Of a stretch of DNA of 64,000 bases, positions 1-10,384 are shown piece by piece. The notes below the pieces were generated by a model. The model had not been told where the DNA came from. It saw nothing but the letters and a program-made list of their open reading frames with translations, and did not search any database. Source of the stretch: a plasmid. The stretch lies in the sequence record NZ_CP013725.1, one strand, 5' to 3'. The translations under genes were made by a program, and so were the position numbers. Position 1 is the first letter of the stretch, and each line of letters opens with the position of its first letter.

Positions 1-1478
1 ATACTCCAGAGCCACAGAACAGCCTTCTCTCGTACTTAATGATCCGAAAGGGGAATTAGCAGCGATGATGAAAGAAACGCTTGAAATGAGAGGGTTTGAG
101 GTTCTAATACTCAATATGTATCAACGAGAGAATAGCATGAGTTATAATCCATTGCAGCTGATCATTGATGCGTATAAAAGTGGGGACTTTGATACGGCAG
201 CTAATTTATGTAATACCTTGACTTATACGCTTTACCATAACCCGAAATCTACTGATCCTATTTGGGAAGATTCTCTCGAAGTCTTTGTAAAGCTATGATT
301 TTAGCGATTTGTGAAAAAGCATTGAAGGAAGGAACCCCCGAAAAATTACGATGTACACAGTGGCAAGAATGTTACAAGACTTGGGGCAAAGTGAGGGCGA
401 CGAATTAGACGAATACTTTAAAAGTTTACCAGATGGATCTCCAGCGAAAGACGCTTATGCAACCAGTAAATTTTCGGAAGGAAAGTCAAGAAGTAGTATC
501 TTTTTCTCCGCAAATAGCAAACTAGAGATATTTACAGATTCTGGTACGGCAAAACTAACTTCGCAAAACTCGTTGAAATTAGAAGAAATAGCTAAAAAAG
601 TAAATTCGAATGGAGCAGAGAAAAAGCCAATTGCAATATTCATGGTTATCCCAGATTATGATCCAGCGTCACATATTGTTCCTTCTATTTTTGTTGGCCA
701 GTTATATTTTACTCTCGCAAAATATGCGACCAGCCGGCCTTCAGGAAAACTAGATCGATTAGTTGTTTTTATGCTAGATGAGTTTGGGAGTATGCCGACC
801 ATAGACAATATGGCTGGAAACATGACCGTTTGTTTAGGGAGAAATATACGCTTTAACTTGATTATTCAAGCGTTACAACAAATCAAGGCGAAATATGGAG
901 AAGATGAATCTACTATTATTGGAAACTGTGGCAATCAATTTTTAATCTCTACGCTTGATAAGCCAACGTCTGAGTATTTTTCACAGTCTATTGGAAAGCA
1001 CACAATTGTAATTAAAGTTAAAAGAGACAAGCGGATTGATACACGTGAATTATTAACACAAACGGAATGTAGGCAAATGGAAGAAGGGGATTTGGTCTTA
1101 TTACGGTCTACGAAAAGAAGATCGCTCAATAATCGTCGTATTCGACCGTATCCTCGCTACAATCACGGGGACACCAACCGCATGAAATATCGGTATGAGT
1201 ATTTAAGTGATCTCTATGATAATAGTAAATCTATCAATGATGTAAAAACAATTTGCACGCATAGCGAAGTGAAATCCGACTCGCTCACAATCAAAAACTT
1301 TACAGTCCTTCAAGCAATAAGGGAAGAACAAAGGCAAGCTGAAAATGCACGCTTAAAACAAAAATCTTTAAAACGAGAGAAAAAAAGTGCTCCAATTATT
1401 GCGCTTGATGAAGCGATTCTGCGGCAAAATCCAGAAACTGTGATGAACCGACTGTTTACACTACAAGCAGCGCACTAG
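1..1478 (+). pseudogene. Type IV coupling protein (VirD4/TraG family), 5' end outside the window. The reading frame is broken twice between about nt 290 and 350: frame 2 runs 2-298, a frame-1 segment covers about 298-405, and frame 0 runs 315-1478.
   Basis: Translation of frame 2 from nt 2 gives ...VLNDPKGELAAMM...SYNPL..., the DPKGE and NPL motifs of TraG/VirD4. The 351-1478 ORF carries the Walker B region VVFMLDEFGSMP. Frame 2 stops at 296-298 and frame 0 has stops at 288-290 and 312-314, so one continuous protein needs two frame changes. Confidence 0.55.
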
Positions 1479-1489
1479 AAGCTATTGGC

Positions 1490-1720
1490 GTGATTCTGAA
1501 CGAGAAATTCAGTGATACGCTCGTGGATAAAGTAATGAGCTACTACCGAACTAAATACAGCATACAACCGACAGCTGCTGAGGACATCTTGAATATCATT
1601 GATATATGGACAAAAGAGGGCTTTATTAAAAAGCCACTGAGTAAAGACGACGAGAGATACATCGTTTTTCGCATTCGAGAAATCGTAAGGAACGTTATGG
1701 AAGAGGAGGTAGTGATGTGA
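1490..1720 (+). CDS. hypothetical small protein in the transfer region
   Basis: 76-aa ORF directly downstream of the coupling protein gene; no recognisable motif. Confidence 0.3.
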   Translation: MILNEKFSDTLVDKVMSYYRTKYSIQPTAAEDILNIIDIWTKEGFIKKPLSKDDERYIVFRIREIVRNVMEEEVVM

Positions 1721-2036
1721 AAGGCGTCTGGTACGCAATACAAATTTGGTTAGGCACCTATGGTGTCTATTTTTATGGAGTGGATGGGGAGAAGCGTGCA
1801 GAGGATATTTTGCAACGATATGGGAATTATTTTGTGGAATGCGACTTATTTAATTTGTTACCAGCATCCTTTCCTGGCTCATTATTAAAGTGCTTGTTTC
1901 TTTAATGAAATTTTCGAGAATGTGCTGACGAAAATATTTGATTATATGGATTTTTTCAAATCTCCAGAAGTAAAGTCAATGGTAGAAAAGTTTATTTTGC
2001 CAATTTCTTGGGGATTACTAGCTTTAGCGATCGTGA

Positions 2037-4082
2037 TTGTTGCTTTTCAAAATTATAGTTTTTGGAAAGCGTGATTTTGATAAACTAGTCATCAATATTA
2101 TTGTGGGTTGTATACTCATGATTGGGATGCCAACTTTGATGGGTTATATTAACGATCTTGGTGTAGTAGGTGCAAAAGGCATCCTAAATTATGGGAATAA
2201 AGAAAAAATAAGCATGGCTAAGAGTATCGTCAATCAAAATGTAACAGATATTCTATGGTTAGATCAGAAAAGGTTGTTAGATAAGAAACAGTCTACTTGG
2301 AGTAGAAAGAACAATTTAAACGGCGTCAATCAAAAGGACATCATGGATATAAATATTGCAGAAACAGTGGATTACGATACGGATGGATTTTGGAATTCTT
2401 TTAAAGACATGTGGGGACCATCTTCCGATGAACACGAAATGAAGAAACTGTTTCAGTACAAATTAACGAAAGGAACTGATGGTCAAAATGTTCTCGTTAA
2501 ATTTGAGAACCATTTATTAGTGGATGAACGTTGGTTCCGTTATTCCTATGATTTTTGGGGAACAGCTATTCCAATCTTTATGTCTACTCTCGCGATGATT
2601 TTCTCCTGTTTCAAAATTGCTTCTAACATTTTTCAAGGTGGCTTTATTTATATGATGGGAACAGTTGTATCAGCAGTAGATATTTCCACCGGACAACGAA
2701 CAAAAAAAATTATTGAATATGTGGTTAGTTTAGCTGCGCAAGTCGTAGCAATCTGTGCAACGTTTAAGCTTTATATTATTTTTACTGGTTGGGTTGTTTC
2801 AAAAGATATGTCTCTAGGATTAGAGATCATTTTATTAGTTGCTTCTGGTCTAGCCGTCATTGATGGAATGGACATTTTCCAACGGGTGATGGGTCTTGAT
2901 GCCGGTGTGAAAGACGGACAAGGAATGGCTATGGGATTAGTTGCTGCTGCCTCAGTTGGTAAAAATGCTGTCGGAGCTGCTAAACAAGGAACAGAATTAG
3001 CAAAACAGGGAGGTCGTTTCGTTTTTGGAACGAAAAAACCTGAACCACCAAAAACTGGAAGTTCAGATAATGGACCTGGTGGCAATGGACCTGATGGTAT
3101 TACAGGTGATGACTCTCCACAAAATCCTACGTTGAATCCATCTGCGAATCAGGATATAAGTAAAATGCGCCGTCAAGGCGGTATTATAGGAAGAAATGGG
3201 CTTGTCCCAAGAAATGTGGCAAAAGCAGCTAGTGTGGCTGGAGGAGTTGCAGGAGCAACTGTCGGTATAACAAAAGGTATGGAACCAAAATCTACTATAA
3301 AACCAGATTTGACACCACCAAATCCTGTGAATACCAATGCTAATGAGAATAATCAACAGCCTGATATCGACAATCCAACGATTCGATTTAGTGATGACAA
3401 TGGCTCTGGAGAGCAAGCCACCTCTGATCCACGAACTGTTCAAGAAGAAAATGCAGAAGGCCCAGTCGCGGCAGAAAATAAAACAGAGTCTACACCAAAA
3501 GAAACAAAGAATAATTTGTCAGCACAATCGAAGAGAACGGTTGTTGCTACATCAGGAAATGCAGTAAATACTTCAACTAGTAAAGGTCAAAAGAGAACAG
3601 CGATTTCTCCTCAAGAGAATAGGAACAACATTACTTCTAGTAAGCCGAATACAGCGCAGTCGGATGTTAAAAATGGAAATCGTACTGTCAATGATCCCTC
3701 TAAACCAGCAGAATCAAATAAGTCAAGTAATCAAAGTATGACAAGTGAAACGGCGACACAGAGCGCTCAGGGAAGTTCGGAAACAGTGAACGTGCAAGAG
3801 AAACAAATTCAACATCAACGAGTAGAAGAAACAGTTGATCGCTTAGTAAATAAAAATATCCAAACAGAAGTTCAAAAAGAGGTAACTTCTACAAGTAATG
3901 AGCGACAACAAGAAACCTATCAACAAATCGTCAAAGATAAGATCATCAATAAGAAAAATCAAATGGCTAATCGGGTGAAGAACTCAGGGCCAGTAAGAAA
4001 TTATACCAAGCATCAAAAGCTTGCAGAAAACTCTACAAAAGCGTTACGAGAAAAAATAAATAATCGGAAGGAAGATAAATAA
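2037..4082 (+). CDS. Polytopic membrane protein, likely the VirB6-like T4SS channel component, with a long low-complexity N/T/S/Q/P-rich C-terminal tail. The start is uncertain: TTG at 2037 or ATG at 2118. A possible upstream TM segment at 1948-2079 lies in another frame.
   Basis: Multiple hydrophobic helices occupy aa 1-300. The C-terminal 350 aa are compositionally biased. Its position between the coupling protein and the VirB3/VirB4-like genes matches Gram-positive T4SS layouts. Confidence 0.5.
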   Translation: MLLFKIIVFGKRDFDKLVINIIVGCILMIGMPTLMGYINDLGVVGAKGILNYGNKEKISMAKSIVNQNVTDILWLDQKRLLDKKQSTWSRKNNLNGVNQKDIMDINIAETVDYDTDGFWNSFKDMWGPSSDEHEMKKLFQYKLTKGTDGQNVLVKFENHLLVDERWFRYSYDFWGTAIPIFMSTLAMIFSCFKIASNIFQGGFIYMMGTVVSAVDISTGQRTKKIIEYVVSLAAQVVAICATFKLYIIFTGWVVSKDMSLGLEIILLVASGLAVIDGMDIFQRVMGLDAGVKDGQGMAMGLVAAASVGKNAVGAAKQGTELAKQGGRFVFGTKKPEPPKTGSSDNGPGGNGPDGITGDDSPQNPTLNPSANQDISKMRRQGGIIGRNGLVPRNVAKAASVAGGVAGATVGITKGMEPKSTIKPDLTPPNPVNTNANENNQQPDIDNPTIRFSDDNGSGEQATSDPRTVQEENAEGPVAAENKTESTPKETKNNLSAQSKRTVVATSGNAVNTSTSKGQKRTAISPQENRNNITSSKPNTAQSDVKNGNRTVNDPSKPAESNKSSNQSMTSETATQSAQGSSETVNVQEKQIQHQRVEETVDRLVNKNIQTEVQKEVTSTSNERQQETYQQIVKDKIINKKNQMANRVKNSGPVRNYTKHQKLAENSTKALREKINNRKEDK

Positions 4083-4432
4083 TGGCGAATGTAGTAATGA
4101 AAAGGCCCATTCGCAAAGGAAATCATGTCGCGGGCAATATCTATTTAAGAGATATTGCCTTATTTTTGGCCATACCTGGATTTTTCTTTTTACTGGGCTA
4201 TTATTTTGTTGCCGGACCTTTAAAAATTATTTATGATTTTTATTTTTTACCATTTGGTGCTTATTTGGCAATCAATTCTCAAGTCAATTTGGGTAAAAAA
4301 AATTATCAGAGTGTCTATCTTATTTTTACTGCGCAAAGAGGTGTTTGGCAGGCTATTGATCGACATGAGATAGAACAAGAAGAGCTTATCAGTAAAGAAC
4401 AGGCAAGCTATATAAAACTGCATAAATATTAA
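4082..4432 (+). CDS. small two-TM membrane protein, VirB3-like (PrgI/TcpD-type) candidate
   Basis: 116 aa with two hydrophobic helices; start overlaps the stop of the upstream gene; position upstream of VirB4. Confidence 0.45.
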   Translation: MANVVMKRPIRKGNHVAGNIYLRDIALFLAIPGFFFLLGYYFVAGPLKIIYDFYFLPFGAYLAINSQVNLGKKNYQSVYLIFTAQRGVWQAIDRHEIEQEELISKEQASYIKLHKY

Positions 4433-4448
4433 GTAGGGAGGACCATCT

Positions 4449-5168
4449 ATGTTTTCTATTGATGAAAAGCAACTAAAGCCAACGGAAGTAGGAACGAAGC
4501 GAATAGCGCCAGTTCCTGTCCCGGTGGAAAATAGGAATGATATTTCAACGGATGTACAAAAAATTATGGAAAAACATCCTGTAAGGCTGAAGCGAAGAAA
4601 GAAAGAGGTACAGGAGAAAAAAAGTTATTTTAAAGGTGTAATTAATAAAAAAGGAATTGAGAAAGTGATGCGAATTAAAGACTATGATGAGATGAATCAA
4701 GTTTTTATTATGCGTGACGACACATATGTCAATATCTTTAGACTAGACAGTTATAATTTGGTTGATATAAGTGATGCTGCTTTGGACGAAATGATTGCGG
4801 ATTATCACAAATATATAAAAGCAACGCATTCCCCAATCAAATATGTTACGATGCGTTTTCCATTCAATGCGCAAGAACAAATTGAGTACTGGAAAGAAAA
4901 ATATTACAAATCAAATGATCCCATCGATCATTTTTTTATTGGAAAAACAATTGAGCGCTTAGAGGAAATGGAGGATAACACGACAGATATAGAGTACTAC
5001 ATTTTTATTTATGGAGAAACGCTTCAAGACTATGTAGAGAATGAGAAAACCATGAAAAATCAACTTAATAAGTCTGTACGGGTCATGGATATTCCTTTTA
5101 ACAAAAAGCGAACTATTCTATTTAAATTACACAATTTAAACTCAAAAGTAATCAATATACAATCCTGA
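4449..5168 (+). CDS. hypothetical T4SS-associated protein
   Basis: 239-aa ORF with an RBS (GGGAGGA), operon position between the VirB3-like and VirB4-like genes. Confidence 0.35.
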   Translation: MFSIDEKQLKPTEVGTKRIAPVPVPVENRNDISTDVQKIMEKHPVRLKRRKKEVQEKKSYFKGVINKKGIEKVMRIKDYDEMNQVFIMRDDTYVNIFRLDSYNLVDISDAALDEMIADYHKYIKATHSPIKYVTMRFPFNAQEQIEYWKEKYYKSNDPIDHFFIGKTIERLEEMEDNTTDIEYYIFIYGETLQDYVENEKTMKNQLNKSVRVMDIPFNKKRTILFKLHNLNSKVINIQS

Positions 5169-5180
5169 GGAGGCTTTCTA

Positions 5181-7196
5181 ATGAGCGAGCGAACTAAACT
5201 ACGAAAAGTAAAAAAGAAAGACGTTACCGAAAAAAACATGAATAAAAGATTGATTTCACGAATCCAACCACAAGGAGGAATAAAATTTAAAAGTGGGGAG
5301 GGTTATTTTAAAACTGGAGACGGTTATGGAGCTTCTATTTATGTCCATGACTACCCTCATGATAACTTTAACTGTTGGCTAACCAGTTTAGTAAACATTC
5401 AAGATGCTGTTTCTGTTTTAGACATCTCTCCTGCTGAAAAGAAAGACATTATTCCCATATTAAAAAAGGCAATGAAAGAGCAAGGTCGAGCAGCAAGCGA
5501 AGAGCGTGATATTGGTAATCAACTAGACTCTTCCAAGAGCGTACAGGATATGGCACGAATGTATATGAATATAAATGAAGCTGGAGAAGTTATTCGCTAT
5601 TTGAATTCTCGTATTTTTGTTTATGCGAAGACCTTACAAGAATTAGAAGATCGTGCGAAACAGGTTATGGAAGACTTAGAAAGTAGAAGTTTTCAGGGTC
5701 AAGTCCTTTTAGCCGAAGAGCAATACGAGTGGAATGATTTATTTGATAACTATGAACAAATGCAAAAACATCCTAATAAGAGAAAGGGGAAACAAGTTGA
5801 AGGCGCGACCGTAGCTGGAGGATTCCAGTTTCATTATAACTTCCTTTTAGATCCAACCGGAAGTTTGCTCGGCATTACCGATTCTGGTGGAAAAGTTTTA
5901 TTTGATTATTTTTTAAACGACTTCAAAAAACGTGTCTACTATAATGGGGTTATTATAGGAGATATGCGATCTGGTAAGTCCACCACGCTAAAGAAGCTGT
6001 TACTTGATAATAAGCAGCGAGGAAACAACATCCGGGTATTTGATGTTACAGGAGAATTCCGTCCTTTGGTAGAAAAGTTAAATGGGAAAATCATTGTATT
6101 GGATGGAACGGAAGGACACTTAAACCCGTTTCAAGTTTACCGATCTAATTCAGAAGGCAATGAAGAAGCGGTTGGCAAACAGGCATTTACTAAACACGTA
6201 TCTAAAATGTCGATGCTATTTCGATATTTAGCTCCAGATGCAGATGGGAAAACAATCAGGGAATTTGAAAATATGCTATATGATTTCTACTGCTATTATG
6301 GTCTTATCGTGAAGGTAGACCATCCAGATGGAGAAGAAGAACGCATCGAAAATAAGTATCTTTATGCTGGAATAACAGAAAAAACTCCAGAAGAGTATCC
6401 GATTTTTTCCGATCTGCTTATCTTTCTACGCAAAGAGATCTATACAGATCCACTTGCAAAAAAAGAGGTAAGACGTGTAAAGGATTATCTGAAAGAAAAT
6501 GAACAAACAAAAAATATTTTATTAGATATCGAAGGCATCATTGTAAACAGCGTCAATGTTTATGGAAGTCTATTTAATCACCATACAACAATCGAGGACT
6601 TTTCAAATGAACAGGTAGTGGCTTTTTCACTACGAGAATTAGTTAGCTATACTTCTAATATTTATAGCGCTCAAATGTATAGCATCTTAACACTTTTGTG
6701 GGATGACTTAATTCAAACCGGAACCCCTATGTGGAAGAAATGGACGAATAGAGAAATTGCCTTTAATGATGTGACGAGGACACTCATCCTTATTGACGAA
6801 GCACACCGCGTCATTAACGTGGATAATATCATGCTAGTAAAAGAACTTACGACATTCGAACGGGAAGCTCCCAAATACTTTGCTGGTTTGTTATTTGCCA
6901 GTCAGAGCATTCGCGACTTTGTACCAGAGAATGCATCTGAAGATGATATGAGTGCGATTGGAGAAATTATCAAACTATTTGAGTTAACGCAATATAAATT
7001 CATCATGAAACAAGATGCAAATGCCGTCAATTTATTAACTAAAACCTTCGCTGGACAACTATCAGAAAATGAAGTTGGTAGTATCCCAGCATTTGAAAAA
7101 GGAGATTGTATCCTAGTAATTAAAGGATATAAAAATATCAAAATGAAGATCGATTTAACACCAGAACAAGACGCTTTATTCGGAGGGGGCGCTTGA
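5181..7196 (+). CDS. VirB4-family conjugation ATPase (TraE/PrgJ/TcpF-like)
   Basis: Walker A GDMRSGKSTTLKKLL, Walker B LILIDEAHRV, 671 aa, RBS GAGGAGG. Confidence 0.85.
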   Translation: MSERTKLRKVKKKDVTEKNMNKRLISRIQPQGGIKFKSGEGYFKTGDGYGASIYVHDYPHDNFNCWLTSLVNIQDAVSVLDISPAEKKDIIPILKKAMKEQGRAASEERDIGNQLDSSKSVQDMARMYMNINEAGEVIRYLNSRIFVYAKTLQELEDRAKQVMEDLESRSFQGQVLLAEEQYEWNDLFDNYEQMQKHPNKRKGKQVEGATVAGGFQFHYNFLLDPTGSLLGITDSGGKVLFDYFLNDFKKRVYYNGVIIGDMRSGKSTTLKKLLLDNKQRGNNIRVFDVTGEFRPLVEKLNGKIIVLDGTEGHLNPFQVYRSNSEGNEEAVGKQAFTKHVSKMSMLFRYLAPDADGKTIREFENMLYDFYCYYGLIVKVDHPDGEEERIENKYLYAGITEKTPEEYPIFSDLLIFLRKEIYTDPLAKKEVRRVKDYLKENEQTKNILLDIEGIIVNSVNVYGSLFNHHTTIEDFSNEQVVAFSLRELVSYTSNIYSAQMYSILTLLWDDLIQTGTPMWKKWTNREIAFNDVTRTLILIDEAHRVINVDNIMLVKELTTFEREAPKYFAGLLFASQSIRDFVPENASEDDMSAIGEIIKLFELTQYKFIMKQDANAVNLLTKTFAGQLSENEVGSIPAFEKGDCILVIKGYKNIKMKIDLTPEQDALFGGGA

Positions 7197-8233
7197 TGTA
7201 TAAGAAAATTAATCCGAAGGCTGCGATAAAGGTGGCCACATTCAAACTGAAATTTTGGCTGCTACTTATTGTAGTGGCTCTTTTTCTTTTAGTTGGTATT
7301 ATCCAGACTGTTGGAGTTGTTATTGGAGGAGGTACGGCCAGTAATGATACTGCCTATAGTGGTTCAGAAGGAGATGGATTAAATACGATTACTTCCGGAG
7401 CTTTTGATCAAGAGAAATGGGATAAAGCCTTTCTAAAGGCCGGAGTTTTAAAAGATAAAGGCAATGCGTACATCAAGTATGCGAAGCAATATCAAATTGA
7501 TCCTGTGCTTCTTGCGGCGATCTCTTTCCATGAAACTGGTTGGGGATCATCAAACATGGTCAGAACGAAGAATAACGTCGGAGGAATGATGTCAGCATCG
7601 GGAGGAATGGTTTTTGCTTCACTCGATGAAGGGATCGAACGTATGGCAAATACAGTGCATAATCGTATTTTTAAAGACGGTAAAAATACAATCGAAGCAC
7701 TTGGAAGCGTGTATGCGCCACTCGGTGCAGCCAATGATCCTACAGGACTTAATCAAAATTGGATACCAACGATTAAGCAATATATTTTAGAGCTTGGTGG
7801 GGGATTTGCTACTGGTTCCGGAGGTGGTTCGGCCGTCAAATTATCTAATAAAAAGGTGAAAAAAATGATGGATGCAGCAGCACCATATGAAGGGACACCA
7901 TATCTTCTTGGAGGGACAAATATTCAAACAGGCATTGATTGCAGCGCCCTTATGCAGTGGATGTTCCGGAAAATTGGTATTAACCTACCACGAACTGCAC
8001 AACAACAATATGACCATACAAAACGGGTTAAAGAAAGTGAAATACGTCCTGGCGATCTAGTTTTTTATACGAAAACATACAACGCCGGAAGACCTGTTAC
8101 CCACGTTGCTTTTTATTTAGGAGAAGGCAAAGTTTTTCAAGCAAGTGGCAATAAAATTAATTATAGTTCGATTAATAATAGCTACTGGAGAGCGCATTTA
8201 TATGGCTTTGGTAGAGTGGCAGAATTTAACTAA
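7193..8233 (+). CDS. T4SS cell-wall hydrolase: N-terminal TM anchor, lytic transglycosylase-like domain and C-terminal NlpC/P60 peptidase domain
   Basis: AISFHETGWGSS segment (SLT-like) and GIDCSALMQW...PGDLVFY...THVAFYLG (NlpC/P60 Cys/His signature); start overlaps the VirB4 stop. Confidence 0.75.
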   Translation: MMYKKINPKAAIKVATFKLKFWLLLIVVALFLLVGIIQTVGVVIGGGTASNDTAYSGSEGDGLNTITSGAFDQEKWDKAFLKAGVLKDKGNAYIKYAKQYQIDPVLLAAISFHETGWGSSNMVRTKNNVGGMMSASGGMVFASLDEGIERMANTVHNRIFKDGKNTIEALGSVYAPLGAANDPTGLNQNWIPTIKQYILELGGGFATGSGGGSAVKLSNKKVKKMMDAAAPYEGTPYLLGGTNIQTGIDCSALMQWMFRKIGINLPRTAQQQYDHTKRVKESEIRPGDLVFYTKTYNAGRPVTHVAFYLGEGKVFQASGNKINYSSINNSYWRAHLYGFGRVAEFN

Positions 8234-8248
8234 GAAGGAGTTTTTTAA

Positions 8249-8839
8249 ATGACTACAAGCAAGCGCGCATTATCTATATTTGTTTTGTCGATTTTACTTT
8301 TATCGATACTTTCTTTTTGTTTTCTATATGTTCAAGCAAACAGCAAGGTCATCACTCAGAAAGAAGAAATCGCAAAAATGAGTAAGGATTTACAAAATAA
8401 AAATGAAGAAAATAATACGCTGAAGGAGAGAAGTTTGCAAAACAGCGATGGACAAGATCAAAAAAATATTCAACTTTTCCTAGATAAGTTCTTCGGAAAA
8501 ATACAAAACTATACGGAAAAAACGTATGAAAAAAGATTTGATGGATTAGAAAATATGGCAAATGAATCAATCCTAAAAGAAATGAAAGGTGCCGGCTCTG
8601 AAGCAGAAAAAGCTTCCCCTACGATTCAATTCGAAAATAAATTAACTGGACTAACTGCCTATCAAGATCGCGAAAAGCCACTGCACTTTTTTGTCAAAAT
8701 GGAACTGAATTATCAAACGAAAACATTTGAAAACAAGTCTTACTTTTTAGTTGAAGTTACCCTGAAAAAACAAAAAAATAGTTATTATATGATGAGTTAT
8801 ACGGCTTTAGGTTCGATTCAACAAACAACGGAGGCGTAA
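8249..8839 (+). CDS. membrane-anchored T4SS protein (VirB8-like candidate)
   Basis: N-terminal TM helix then a soluble domain; operon position. Confidence 0.35.
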   Translation: MTTSKRALSIFVLSILLLSILSFCFLYVQANSKVITQKEEIAKMSKDLQNKNEENNTLKERSLQNSDGQDQKNIQLFLDKFFGKIQNYTEKTYEKRFDGLENMANESILKEMKGAGSEAEKASPTIQFENKLTGLTAYQDREKPLHFFVKMELNYQTKTFENKSYFLVEVTLKKQKNSYYMMSYTALGSIQQTTEA

Positions 8840-8842
8840 AGA

Positions 8843-9760
8843 ATGGAAGAGATAAGTTGGATAAAAAAAGTTCGAGCTTTAAGCAAACAAGATAAAAAGA
8901 TATTCCAAACAAACAGGATCTTACGCTTCAAAATAGTGATTATTTTTTCAACTTGTTTAGCTATTTTTTTCTTATCTTCGAACTACTGGTGGGGGGATTA
9001 TTCCCCGATTCAGCAAAGCAGCATTGGGGAGAAAGTGGACATCAATGGAACAAAATTTATTCTTCAAGATTGGAAATACAATCCAGGTAAACGATCTATG
9101 CGCATTAAAATGTTTATCGATCCAAAGGCAACGGATACCTATACAAATATCTATAAAGTAAGTTTTGTCATGCGTGATTTAGAAAATGAAGATTATGAAA
9201 ATACCCAAATTCATAGTCAGATATTGTATCAAGATGATCGGTATTTAGTAGTAGAAGCCAAAGATTTACCGGATAATTTCCAAAAAATGGTGGTCTATTT
9301 AGACGATGCAAACGAAGAAGAAAATGACGTTGCGCTTAAAACATTCTCGATAAGTAAGAGTGATGAAAATGAAAAAATGGGCGGCTTTTCTGGCGACTAT
9401 CGGAAGTTGGAAAAAGTGAAAACATGGAAGAATGAAACAACATTTGCTTATAAAAAAGAAGGATTGCAATTCCAAATTCTTTTCTTAGAAAACAACATCA
9501 TGAAGAATGAAAAACAAATTAAAAAACTGGAAGATAAGAATCAGATCATCCGTGAAAAGCAACAAGATCTAGAGGAAAGTAAAACGCACAAAACACCGGA
9601 GGAGCAAACTAATATTTCTTACGAAATAGCTAGTTTAAACGAAACGATCAATGATAATAAAACGACGATTTCAAGTAAGGAAGCAGGCATCGCTGATCTA
9701 CAAGAACAAATTAAAGCGATGAAAACACAGATTGAATCACTTATCGAGATAGGTAAATAA
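8843..9760 (+). CDS. membrane-anchored coiled-coil protein of the transfer operon
   Basis: TM helix near aa 30-50; C-terminal 100 aa heptad-like and E/K/Q-rich. Confidence 0.35.
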   Translation: MEEISWIKKVRALSKQDKKIFQTNRILRFKIVIIFSTCLAIFFLSSNYWWGDYSPIQQSSIGEKVDINGTKFILQDWKYNPGKRSMRIKMFIDPKATDTYTNIYKVSFVMRDLENEDYENTQIHSQILYQDDRYLVVEAKDLPDNFQKMVVYLDDANEEENDVALKTFSISKSDENEKMGGFSGDYRKLEKVKTWKNETTFAYKKEGLQFQILFLENNIMKNEKQIKKLEDKNQIIREKQQDLEESKTHKTPEEQTNISYEIASLNETINDNKTTISSKEAGIADLQEQIKAMKTQIESLIEIGK

Positions 9761-9779
9761 AATCACGGGAATATACCGG

Positions 9780-10130
9780 AAACATGAATTAGTACCTACG
9801 GGGAATCTACGAGAAAGATAGAAAATGGAGGTAATAATACCTACGGAGAATCCCCGGAACTTTGCGATTTTATGACCCCACCGTTTCCTCGCCTCTGGCG
9901 AGCCTCCAAACACTGTTTGGGGGCAAAAACACATTATGCTCTTATCCATTTACTTCGTAAATTTGGATAACTCTTTTTAGACAGTGGATAATCTCAATAG
10001 ATTATTCATTGTTTAAAAGAATCATTGCACTTGATTTTAAAATAAAAAAGAAACCGGGGAACCCGGGTTCGACCAAGTACGAATTCGCTGTAAGCGAGAT
10101 CGTGCGGTCTTTAAACGAAGGGAATGGAAT
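9780..10130. promoter_or_regulatory. putative oriT / relaxosome assembly region with direct and inverted repeats
   Basis: Direct repeat TACCTACGG(G/A)GAATC at 9794 and 9837. A GC-rich near-palindrome CCAAACACTGTTTGG lies at 9906-9920. An inverted repeat CCGGG..CCCGG lies at 10053-10069. The region sits immediately upstream of the RHH, MobC-like and relaxase genes. Confidence 0.35.
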
Positions 10131-10133
10131 TAT

Positions 10134-10373
10134 TTGGCAGAAATAAAAATTCGTGATCTGGATGCAGCTGTCGTGAAGCAATTGGATCAAATGGCTCGTG
10201 AAAAAAAGATGTCTCGCGAAAGTTTTTTGCGTCAGTATTTGACAAGCATCGCCGCATTGGAAGAAACCAATCATCTTATTGGAAAACAAGAAGAGGCTTT
10301 CCAAAAAATGTCTATGGGAGTCTTTGAGTTAACAAAAAATGTACAACAACTATTAACTGAAATTCGTGAATAG
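10134..10373 (+). CDS. ribbon-helix-helix family DNA-binding protein (relaxosome accessory or regulator), TTG start
   Basis: N-terminus AEIKIRDLDAAVVKQLDQMAREKKMSRESFLRQYL matches the RHH beta-strand plus two-helix pattern. Confidence 0.45.
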   Translation: MAEIKIRDLDAAVVKQLDQMAREKKMSRESFLRQYLTSIAALEETNHLIGKQEEAFQKMSMGVFELTKNVQQLLTEIRE

Positions 10374-10384
10374 GAGGATATAAC

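Noticed and set aside
2771-3443. Minus-strand ORFs 2771-3085 and 3063-3443 inside the VirB6-like gene
   Set aside because: They are shadow ORFs on the opposite strand of a long well-supported CDS, with biased low-complexity translations and no RBS.
10002-10304. Minus-strand 100-aa ORF overlapping the RHH gene
   Set aside because: The plus-strand ORF has an RHH-like N-terminus and sits in the operon upstream of the relaxase. The minus ORF has no RBS and an implausible Cys/Phe-rich composition.
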